Shown in pieces: positions 14,301-24,394 of a stretch of 64,000 bases of DNA (the first letter of the stretch is position 1; each line of letters begins with the position of its first letter). Location: contig NW_003314261.1 in NCBI RefSeq assembly GCF_000143415.4, forward strand, positions 1,936,117 through 2,000,116, given 5' to 3'. A model generated the notes under the pieces. That model did no database searches. It was not told where the DNA came from and worked only from the letters and a program-made list of their open reading frames with translations. A program made the position numbers and the translations under genes. The DNA comes from Selaginella moellendorffii (lineage: Eukaryota; Plantae; Lycopodiophyta).

Positions 14301-14373
14301 ACACAAGGGTCCCTTTTGCAACTCTCTTCCCACCATTCAAAATGTAAACCTTTTCCCCAACCCTGAAGGCCAT
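11306..14373 (-). pseudogene. Sola-like DDD transposase (about 1,020 codons reconstructed; two stops and one frameshift)
   Basis: ATG at 14373 is in frame with ORFs 13738-14190 and 12199-13734 across stops at 14197 and 13738. Motifs: CCKRRC, FSKCDEC, HDKMDQKK, LQTDNAGSENKN and FLMVGHTHEDVDA. A 1-bp loss near 12305 joins it to ORF 11306-12202 (...HLAESLWRSNVLTLPQL...VTEVLDF). Confidence 0.85.
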
Positions 14374-14869
14374 TCTGAAAGTGCAGAAAAGAAGTTAAGA
14401 CCATACAAAAAATGATTGGAGAATGGCCTAAATCATAACATACCAAACAACCTCAATAGCATGAGGCCACATGCCATTATTCAAACATGCTATTGACACC
14501 CACGTGAAATTTCGCATTCACAAAATTGGTATGAGCCCTCATGCCATTAGTGGTACCACTAATGGCACCATGTGTGCGTGACTAGTCACCCATACAAAAA
14601 TATATACAGTTGCAGCAAGGCAAAAGGAATATAGCAACAGGCTAGCAGGGGCCAAAGATGGCATGAGGCCTCATGCCATCTTGATATACACACAGCTGTA
14701 GGCAAGTAAAAACATACATGACAATACGCTAGCCATGAAATTGCAAGGGCCCAAGATGGCATGTGGCCTCATGCCATTTCTAAATGTGGTCCTAAGCCAT
14801 TCCATGGTGAACATACCAGGAAGCACAAGTGCCGAATATCAAGAGGAAGCGGTAGCCACACCAAAGACA

Positions 14870-14990
14870 GTGCCGCTCGCAACACCACAACTACTCGTAA
14901 CGCCGCTCGCAACACCGCAACTGCTCGTAGCGCCGCTCGCACAAACTGCCATTCGTATAAACTGCCGCTCGCAATGGCGCTCGCAATGCT
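14870..14990. repeat. GC-rich tandem repeat with a roughly 30-bp unit (gccgctcgcaacaccrcaactrctcgtarc)
   Basis: gccgctcgc recurs at 14872, 14902, 14932 and 14964, upstream of the transposase start. Confidence 0.8.
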
Positions 14991-15778
14991 ACAACCGCTT
15001 GTAGACGCATAAATCATAGCTCACAACGCCGCTTACACAAGCAGCGCTCACTGCGCTCAGCGGAACCAAGAACACGGCGCACAAAAATGATAGACCTAGG
15101 AATGAGTTCGAGAATTCAAAAATAACACACGCTTGAACGTCACATCAAATCCTCTGACAAACTAGATCTTATGATTCCTCTGACAAATTTCAAACTGAGT
15201 AGCTTCTAGACTTTGCTGTCGGAGGTTGAACTTTGTCACATCATGTCCTTGCCTCGATCCAGCTGTGCCATGTCATTGATTCGAACTTTGCCATGCCGTG
15301 TCAGCGATCCGCGCCAAGATTATTCGCCGTGTAAAGGAATAATTATGCTGTGTGTGTACGTCCATTTATGGCAATATAAGGCCACACGCCATTCAAAGAA
15401 TAATGCTAGTCGAGTATTTTTTGGTGCATTTTTTGGTTCAAAATTGCATGAGCCCACACGCTATAAAGTTTACCTGTACCAAAAATAGAAACAGCTTTAT
15501 TTACTTGGGAATTTAAGTGGTTGAGGCATTTTAAAACTTACAAACACATGCCCTACTTACATTCCTTTGGTTGCTTAAAATTCAAAAATATTATAAACCT
15601 TTCTTTTTGCATTTTTAATGTTTTCAATTATGGTTTTTGATTTTCGCAGGACCAGCCTAGTAATCTATTTGCATCCCGTTTGTCCCCTTCGCTAGCCTGA
15701 GATACATCTGCTCGGCATCTGCCTCTTACAGCATTTGCCCAGAAAGGGCATCTTTCTTCACGCAGCATTTGCCACATG

Positions 15779-15804
15779 TTTAGGGTTTAGGGTTTAGGGT
15801 TTAG
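15779..15804 (+). promoter_or_regulatory. Telo-box, (TTTAGGG)3.7, between the divergent genes
   Basis: tttagggtttagggtttagggtttag. A regulatory role is inferred. Confidence 0.6.
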
Positions 15805-16833
15805 CAATTCAGTAGCTTGATAAACATGCAAATACAGAACTTGATGCAAAATCCTTTGATATGTCACAATGCCCCTAGGACCATAAACACATTTCAATAG
15901 AGAGGGTCCTTTCATTTCATAACTCCTTACGTTGATCTTGGTGAAACTAGAGTTAGTGAAGTTAGTTTCTTGTGATCCCGCATCTGATTATGATGTCCCT
16001 TTGCAGTGTCGATGGAAAGGTCAATGCACACCAAACTGTAGAACCTTGGAGCAAAATAACGGTCAGATCTATGGCAAATGCCCCTGAAACATTGTAAGGC
16101 TCGTGTGGTCTCATGTGGTGTCCGATCGAGATGCTTCTTTGCAGGGTCATCAAGAAGGACATTGTATACCATTCTTTATTTAGCTGAACATCTGGCATTT
16201 TTGGAAATACAAGATGCTTTGGAATATCCAATCATGCATGGTATAAATATAGTGAGGGTATTAAATGATATCCCAATCATGATCTTTCTTTTGGATTTCG
16301 CGTGCATGCAGTCCGAGGAATGATGACGTTGCAGATTTCTTTTGGATTTCACGTGCATGCATGCGCGCGGCAATCCAGAAATTAATCGTGGCGCCCAAGT
16401 CCGAGGAATGATGACGTGGCGGGATTACCAACCGTCGTGACATTTCGTGCATGTGAGGTTAGGTTTTGCATTTTGCTTCATACTCGCGCTTGCACACTCG
16501 CGCTCGCATCGCGCTCCCACTCGCGATCATGCTCACATTCGCGCTCATCTACCTTCTCTACAGGTTTCTCGTGTGCATCGGCGTCCACTCGCGCTCGCAT
16601 TGCGCTCGTGTGCATCGGCATCCACTTCAAGACACACCCAGTTTGTAACTTCGCCGCCAACTCCGCCGCCCACTCTGCCACCCACATGCAGCCCACTTGG
16701 CGTCCCGGGAGATTTCAGTGCCACTCTCCAACTGTAAGTGGCAGAGTAGCCTTGCTGCTACGATCCGCTGCACACACAGTGCACATTCGCCAGCGAGTCC
16801 AGCCTCGATTGTCACGCCTCCATTCGGCTTCAA

Positions 16834-19800
16834 ATGGTAAGTCTTTTAGGCCAACTTGAAAATGGCATGAGGCCACATGCCATTCAGTAACAACATTGGC
16901 ATGCACCGATTGGGCTCTCGAATGTAGTCCGGTTACAGATGGCATGTAGCCTCACGCCATCTTAGGATGCAGCCTCAAGACATCTGATGCAGTGGTGAAT
17001 GGCATGTGGCCTCACGTTATTTCCAGCTGCTAGCTTTTCATCTGTCAGCTCTAATTGTTGTGCATTTCTGAACAGGCGAGGAATTGCGTTCTTCTTCCAG
17101 GAACTGTCAATGTGGATGCAGAGAAGGGGGAGGAGCTCACCAGTTGGACTTTCGGGATGGAAGGCAAGGATCTGAGGCTGTACAACACAGATGGTGGGAG
17201 AAAAGAATGCATGGGGATCCTCATCCAAGTGACAGACACTCCATGCAGTTCCATGCAAGAATATGGACTAGCACTTGTGGTAGAGACAGCATCCGCCTTC
17301 AAGATCCACCTTGCACATCCTAGCGGCTTCCCGGAGGGGGGCAGCTGCTATGAGGAATTCCTAGAGGGAGCTAGGGAGAGGTTGTCCAGGAGGCCCACAA
17401 TTTCAAAGACGCTGCGGGTCTATGAAGATCACATGGAATCTACGGACCTCACCTACGGCGATGTTCAAAAACTATATTCCAACATTGAGCCGTTGAGAGT
17501 GCCTCCAGTTCGCGAAGCGAAGGGGAAGGGGGTCGATCTGGAAACTACCCCGAAGCAGAAAAGGGTGGTCAAGCTCAAGCCGACGTCCGACTCTCTTGCT
17601 CCAAAAAAGAAGCTACTCGGTGATGCCATTGCCTCGGGTTCGAACACTACACCCACCAAAAAGAAGAGCCACAAAGAGCAGAAAGAGCAAGAAGAGGCAG
17701 CAAAAATCGTCGCAGATAATAGTACTTGTTACTATTCCAACAAAGTATATACAATCGACGTGAGCCGTATTGACATCCAAAGCAAATACAACCACAGGCT
17801 AGTATCTGATGAGTGGGTGGAGAAACTGAAGCAGAAGATGCTGGCAAGTCCAGTAACACCTGACATCGCAGACGTGATCCCCTACTACCGAACAATGAAG
17901 GGCGAGACGAGGTTTCTAGACTTGATCAATAGGAAGGTGTTGGACGATCAGAACATCCAGTTCTATGCCGTCTCCGGGCAGCATTCTAGCTTGGCGATGC
18001 AAGAGATAGTTGTGGATATTATGGTGGGCGAGAAGGTGAAGAAAGTCTTCAAGACAAGAGTTGTCCGCCTGATAAAAGGCAACTCGCCCCTCCGATCTAT
18101 CATATACATCTCCCACGCGCAGAATGTCAAGCAAGAAACGTGCTACAAATCGGGTCTGCACGAGACATTGGCACGAACACGGAAGCTCTGGGTTCAATTG
18201 AAGAAGCCACAAAAACCAGGACAAGGACGTGCACTAGGAACTAGCGCCTGGCAGGTAAGCCTCGTTGCATGTGGCATAGCATGTGGCCTCACGCCATTTC
18301 CATTGTAGGAATTCTCGAGTCTTCTCTCGAAAACACTGGGGGTCAATGACACACTCAGCATCCATAACATTCTGCTTGCGACAAAAGTTGTTTTTGACAA
18401 ATGGGTACATGTGCTGAGGAAGTACCATGACGGGGAGTTGCTAAACTCAATAGGTGTGGAGGACGGCCAGAAGCCCAATGATTTGAAGCTCAACGCCTTG
18501 CGTTTCTCGTGGTCTCTAGACGACGACGACCTTCTAACAGTGGCTAATGCTCTTTTACGTGGTGAGGTAGTCTTCAACAAGACCAAAATGACTCCCGGCC
18601 ATATTGTGACATACGAGGACTTGTGCACGACTCTGAGAGCTCGTGCGCTATTGAAGGATTGGATCTTCGAGCAAGTGGCCGTGGAGAGGGTGAGCATCGA
18701 CACCACGCAAGAGATGATGGAAGCGCTGGAGTTGTCAAATGAAGACATCGATGAGTACGTGAAGGGGGCCCTCAAGTTCATCGATCTGCTGCGGGATGCC
18801 ATGAAAAGTAAAGCTGAGAAGTTGGATCAGTATCCAAATTTCATTAAGAGGGATGTCGACCGCCGGCTTCAGAAACAGCCCGACCCCACAGCAGAGGCCT
18901 ATCGAGAACCTTACCGGGTATACGTGAATTCGGATGAGGATCAAAGGTGGAGGAGCATCGTTTCCCGCGGATATGAGCAGTTCAAGAACATCTTTTGTGT
19001 GATGGACTTCACAAACGAGGAGATCACTCATGCAGACAAAGTCAGCTCCATCATTGACTTAATGGTGGGACTTGCAGAGGTGGAATCTTCAGTCCACTAT
19101 ATGATCTACAACTCCGAATCCTATCACAAGTTCTGGAAGGCCTTGAATGAGGTGAAGGCTCGGTTGAAAGGCAAGGAGATGCAGGAGATCCATGGGATAA
19201 TGGCTAAGAAGAAGATACCGACGAATGTCCGCATCTTCACACTCGCCCTTGTTATTGGTCCTGCAGCAGAGTGGGACTGGAGTGACTTCCCAGCTTCGTT
19301 CGACAAGGCCGATCGAATTGATCTGAGGGAGGTCAATTTACCCGTGCCTGAGGAACTGAAGACGGCTATGGAGGTTTCGAATCCAAAGAAAGCTCCAGGT
19401 GCAGCATGGGAAATGCTCAACTGGGTCTTCAACGCAATAGCGGGTGGGTCACCTGCTTCTGCCTCCAAGGGCAAATGCGTTCTCAAGTACAACTGCGGCG
19501 GACTATTCTTTCGAGCCGCACTACTCAAGGGTGTCCCGTGTGTTGCGGTGACAAACTCCATTGAAGAGGTGACTTCAATGGAGCATATAATTACAGTTGC
19601 CAAAGAAAAACAGTATCTTCTCTGCGAACCTAGTGAGTACGCACTTTAAGTTTAAATGTTATCTCACAAGCTCTGTATGCAGGAGCGTGGCCACCCCCAG
19701 ATGCTGAAACAGCGTTAACAGCTACTGTTGAAGATACCCATGTTGGGCCGAGCTCACAACCTGCACAAGGTAAGGTCACGTGAGGCCTCACGCCATTTTG

Positions 19801-22444
19801 ATTATAGATCGTTGTGAATATTCAGACACGAGGACTGAAAAGCGCACTGGTGGCGCGTCGAAAAAGGACAAACAGACAAGCAATAGGAAAAAAAGAGGTA
19901 CAAATTATATTTGCAATGGCATGTAGTCTCATGCCATTCCTTGCAGGAGACACTTCTTCAAAGGCAAAACAGGCAAGCACCAGCCAAGCTCAAACTGACA
20001 GTGGTCATAAAAAGCGAAAGCACGTTGGACAGTTGTCGGGATCAAAGGCGTTTGATTCGAAAAGGAAGAAGGGCAACGAAAAGATGATAGGTAATGCCTC
20101 ACGGTTATGGCGTGTGTGCTCATGCTATTCATTGCAGATCAAGGGCTGAGTGAAAGTAGCCAGTCACCACCTCCTGACTCAGACTCCTATGGCAGACTCC
20201 CCTTCCCCAATCTCAATGGAGAGGTACAATGGATGAGGGATGCTTTTCAAGTCAGGGCCACGTTTTTCTCATCTCGTCGTCTTCGAAGGATGCAAGAACG
20301 TGCAGAAACCATGTTAAGACAGTTGGGTGAGGATACGGTCCTAGGTCACGCACTAAAACAGGCTATGGATGTCTTGTATTTTGAGATGGAGACTCGGCCA
20401 GATGATTTTCCCAAGATGGTCCTGGAAGAACAAGCCATCCAGCCTGAGCAGCCTATGGAAGAAATGTAGGAGGGGGATGAGGAGCCAGAGAAAGATAATG
20501 AGCAGGAAGAGCAGAAGGACGAAAAGGAGGACAAAGAAGAGGAGGACGAAGAGGACTTGGATGGTCCTCACAATGGTGACGATCACAATAATGACGACGA
20601 CGATGATGACGACGATGGCCAGCCTGAGGTGGCCAAAGAGCAGCGGAGGAAGGTCATACAAGACAAACCATCAGGTAAATAATAGTACATCCATTCCTAA
20701 CCTTTTACCATTTCTAACATTGTCCATGTAGGTCGCAGAGCAAATGGTAAGTAGAGATTATTCAGTTGAATTTACAAACTCTAGCCTTTAGTGTCGAGGA
20801 AGGATAGTGCCAAGCAAGGGTCGAAACGTATGTCCAATCCTTCAGAATCAGCAGTGCACCCAAGTGATATCGGTCCTAGTTCCTCAATAGCAGTTGATGG
20901 TAAATACAGTATAGTCGATTCAATGTGCTAATGAGTTTGTTTTTAGTAGCCAGTAGGGAGGATACCATCTCAATCGAAGGGAGATATTTGGACATGCATA
21001 TGGATCCGCCAGTGGACTCTACTTGCCTGCAAGAGTCATCAGAGCTGGTGGAGGCTACTATCCATATCAACGCCAAGCAAGCTGACCACGCTCCACTTGA
21101 TGCTGCCCATACCACTGAGTCAATCTTGTCCACGTATCCAACTGACGGTGACCAGGCGCCATTGGACCCGCATGAGGCCGCCCCAGCCGCCGAGCCGGTC
21201 GTATCCTCATTTCCAACGGACTCAACGTGTGCCCAATCGTCTGACTACACGCCATTGGAACCTCCCTACACTGCCCCTGCTGCCTGTTCGGTCATGTCCA
21301 CTTTGCCAACGGAGGCACCAGCTGAAATGGCGTGTGATCACACGCCATCGGAACCACCCCATGCCACTGTTGAGCCAGTTGTACCAGAGTCTACAGCTGA
21401 AATGGCATGTGCCCACACACCATCGGATGCGATTGACCCCACATTGCAGAGGAGAGTATTTCCGCCCTTCACGTTTCCTCGACTAAAACCCTCTCAACGA
21501 CCTTCGGGAGCACCATTCGCTAATATTGTAAATGGTAAAATTGACTTGTACCATTTTTTATGCTGACGCATTTCATTTCAGAGTCACGGCGAAGGTACTA
21601 TATCGTTTTTTATCTGAACGGTGTCCTTTTCTCCCATGAGCGTGGCTCGTCCTCGAATTTCACTGCACCCTCCAAAGCCTGCGGTCGCAAGTTGGTCAAA
21701 AGAGACAGATTCACATTAATCACACGGGAGAAACTGCAGGATCTAATAATGACCATGCGACACTTAAAACAGAGGGCCGGGTTCAATTTGCAATTGGGAG
21801 TTTGGACATCCATGATGCGCCACAATGCATTAACGTTGCTACAGATGATGCACGATCAGACGCGAGTAATATTACCATTTGACTTTCTCCTAACGCAGGA
21901 GGATTGCTTGACTATGGTCCATGTGAGGGGTAGCAAGCCCATCTTTATCAAGCTAAAGGCTGTAGTGATGAACCGGACTGCTAGGTCAAGTGAAATCCTC
22001 ATCATCGATGACTCGCCGATTAAAACTGCAGCGAACACGCACACATATGCAGTGCACCCCATTTCTTGCAGTATGGAAACTAGGGAGAAGAAACCGTATG
22101 TTCTGGGGGACCTTGCAAAATGGCTTGGAGTGATGGTGATAGAGAACCGGCCAGTCCAGGAGGTGGCTGCAGAAATCAACCAAATGGCAGATGGAACGGT
22201 ATATCAGAAGCCATTTGATCGGACAGACACCAGTCATCATTTATGGCATGTATATTGTCTAGCCAAGCACTATCCGCATCTCCATAATCTGCTCAACCGG
22301 ATGGGTTCTTCGACCACTGAACATGAGCGTGGACGTATTAGAGAAGAGATGGCATTACTATTGGGTTTAAATCCTGATAGTGTGGAGAGTGATGAAATTC
22401 CAAGATTATTGTATAGGCGTTGGAGGCAAAAAATAACAGTCTGA
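16834..22444 (+). CDS. Multi-exon cargo gene (about 1,639 aa): ParB/Srx-like domain, degenerate amino-MTase-like region, acidic tract, FCP1/NIF HAD-like domain; one premature stop
   Basis: Manual GT-AG model with exons 16834-16836, 17076-18254, 18309-19632, 19683-19769, 19826-19897, 19947-20090, 20138-20674, 20732-20746, 20792-20899, 20947-21534 and 21582-22444. Total 4920 nt, with frame preserved at every junction, linking ORFs 17055, 18411, 19814, 20107, 20925 and 21560. A single in-frame TAG lies at 20467-20469. Exon 1 is the least certain. Confidence 0.78.
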
Positions 22445-22862
22445 GGTGGCATGTATTTATTTAAAAATGTAACTTATTATGGCATGGGGTTCCATGCCAT
22501 TGTATTAATATTAAAAGAAAATTCTTTGAGAGGATTTGCATTATACTAGAAGTGTTACAGCATGTTATTAGAAGTCTACAAAGTTGTTTTATTAATAAGG
22601 GGAAAGTAAAGATTGAATGGGGACTTGGGCTCCACCTAGACTCGGAGCAACTGAGCCAATATTAAAAGGATGGAAAGAAATTGGACGACGATGACAAGGA
22701 GAAGAGAGAGGTGAAGCAGTGGCAGGGGGAGGAGAAGTGATTGAGTAGACATTTCCTTGTTTAAAATAAAATGGCATGTGCCTCAATGCAGTTGAATTTT
22801 GTTATATTTATATACTATATAAAGGTTTGGAAACCTTATTTTACAAGTGGGATAATGACAAT

Positions 22863-22886
22863 TCCCACTTTAACGAAATAGAGCTT
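22863..22886 (-). repeat. Right terminal inverted repeat
   Basis: tcccactttaacgaaatagagctt, the reverse complement of 9667-9690. Confidence 0.95.
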
Positions 22887-22890
22887 TTAT

Positions 22891-24060
22891 GCACTTGGAG
22901 CTATACTTTGCCAAAGAAAAACTAATAATAGAGACTATCCAATATACTACGCAAGCTGCAGACTCTCCCCACCAGAGATGAACTATACAACCACGGAAAA
23001 AGAGGCATTAGGAATGGTCTATGCACTCACCAAATTTCAACATTACCTCCTTTCAAACAAAGTCAAGATCATGGTTGATCACCAAGCACTCTTACACTTA
23101 CTCAACAAGACAATACTCACTGGAAGAATTGCACAATGGTTTCTTCTACTTCAAGAATTCAACTTTGAGATTATTCACAAGCCAGGCAAACAACATATGC
23201 AAGCTGATCATCTTAGTCGACTTACCACGGGGGAACAAGTCACGAAATCCAACGATGACTTACCTAATTCACACCTTTTTAAGGTCACAACTCAAGGAAT
23301 GCTCCAAGATATTTACAAATTCTTGACGACAACCAAGATTCCCAATCACTACTTCACAAACAATCAAAGGAAACAATTCGTCTTGAGGACACGACGATAT
23401 TCAGTCGTGGGAGGCAAACTATATAAGCTTGGACATGACAACATCTTAAGAAGATGCATAGAATCACATGAAGAGATTAAGGATCTACTCGATGAAGCTC
23501 ATGCAGAACGATTAGGAGGTCATTTTGCCAAAGAAATTATGGCCAAGAAAGTGTTACAAGCTGGATTATGGTGGCCGACACTCTGGAAAGACGCCACTCA
23601 GCATTGTCAAGAATGTGATATATGTCAAAGAATGAAGTTTCCACCGAGGAAACAAACTCAGGAACTCAATCCAACAACAGCATTGGAACCCTTCCAGTGT
23701 TGGGGACTTGATTTTGTTGGACCTATAGCAAAAAGTAGCAAAGGAAATCAATACATTTTAGTCGCTACCGACTATATGACAAAATGGGCAGAAGCTCTCC
23801 CACTAAAGAAAGCCACAGCGAAAAATACAGCCAAGTTTCTCTATGAAACAATTATAACACGATATGGATTACCGCAAGAAATTGTTACAGATTGAGGAAC
23901 ACATTTTCTGAATGAGACCATCGACATTCTTGTTAAAGAATTTATCATCAACCATAAAAAGTCAACACCATATGTAGATGATGAAAAATTGCAAGTAGTT
24001 AACTTGAACAAATTGAAGATTTACAAGCAACCACAAGTGCTTCACACTATGGTGGAATAC
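22891..24060 (+). pseudogene. pol: pol 3' part: RNase H and integrase, internally deleted
   Basis: NYTTTEKEALGMVYAL; zinc finger H..GGHF..CQECDICQ; WGLDFVGP, ATDYMTKWAEA and EIVTD. The sequence jumps to the integrase tail after KSTPY near 23975. Confidence 0.92.
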
Positions 24061-24394
24061 TAAAAATTTCAAAAGAAAATGCTCAGAGAAATCAACAAAA
24101 ACACATTCGAATGCATGCAAACACTTATAGAAAATTTGCCTCAACAAGAATGGGACCTAACCTTAATCTTGGCGGCTGAGAGACAGTGCATGAGGAAAAA
24201 GAGAGCCCACTAGGGGCAAACAGTGATCAAGGCTGCAGCAATTCTTGGTTTGGTGAAAGCGCAGCTTCAATGAGGACTAGAGTTGGGTCAAGGGCTCCAT
24301 GCCATCCACAAGAAGAGGAGGAGGGGAACAGCTACCCATGATGCAGCAATGGAGCAGTGACTGCGGGACGCAGCACAAGGCAGTCGTGGGAGAG

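Larger units (their letters stand above)
9893..22500. repeat. Dispersed 22-bp palindrome family ATGGCRTG-N6-CAYGCCAT (about 25 copies) confined to the DNA transposon
   Basis: Perfect copy ATGGCATGAGGCCTCATGCCAT at 14658-14679. Variants start near 9893, 10209, 10298, 10818, 10906, 11066, 11212, 12553, 12610, 14456, 14526, 14756, 15368, 15442, 16862, 16939, 16999, 18276, 19775, 19916, 20107, 21327, 21402 and 22479. Confidence 0.92.
9667..22886. mobile_element. 13.2-kb cut-and-paste DNA transposon, Sola-like (4-bp TSD, DDD transposase), with a large cargo gene
   Basis: Perfect 24-bp TIR AAGCTCTATTTCGTTAAAGTGGGA at 9667-9690, reverse complement at 22863-22886. TSD TTAT at 9663-9666 and 22887-22890. 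Removing the element restores the RNase H reading VDASDY-ALGAIL. The boundaries are firm; the superfamily call is inference. Confidence 0.9.

Noticed and set aside
15779-15804. True telomere or chromosome-fusion site
   Set aside because: Fewer than four units, internal to a transposon.
16416-16859. ORF 16416-16859 as a separate gene
   Set aside because: Low-complexity CG-rich sequence with a non-ATG start, more likely promoter or 5' UTR. Use as an alternative first exon spliced to 17101 cannot be excluded.
18194-19603. Long antisense ORFs (18194-18802, 19124-19603, also 30852-31472)
   Set aside because: Shadow frames of real coding sequence on the opposite strand.
17055-19649. Bacterial or phage contamination as the source of the ParB/MTase-like ORFs
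   Set aside because: The gene has in-frame GT-AG introns and lies inside a TIR/TSD-bounded element nested in plant retrotransposons.
9893-22500. Palindromic repeats as a CRISPR-like array
   Set aside because: Spacing is irregular (tens to thousands of bp), there are no uniform spacers or cas genes, and the context is eukaryotic.
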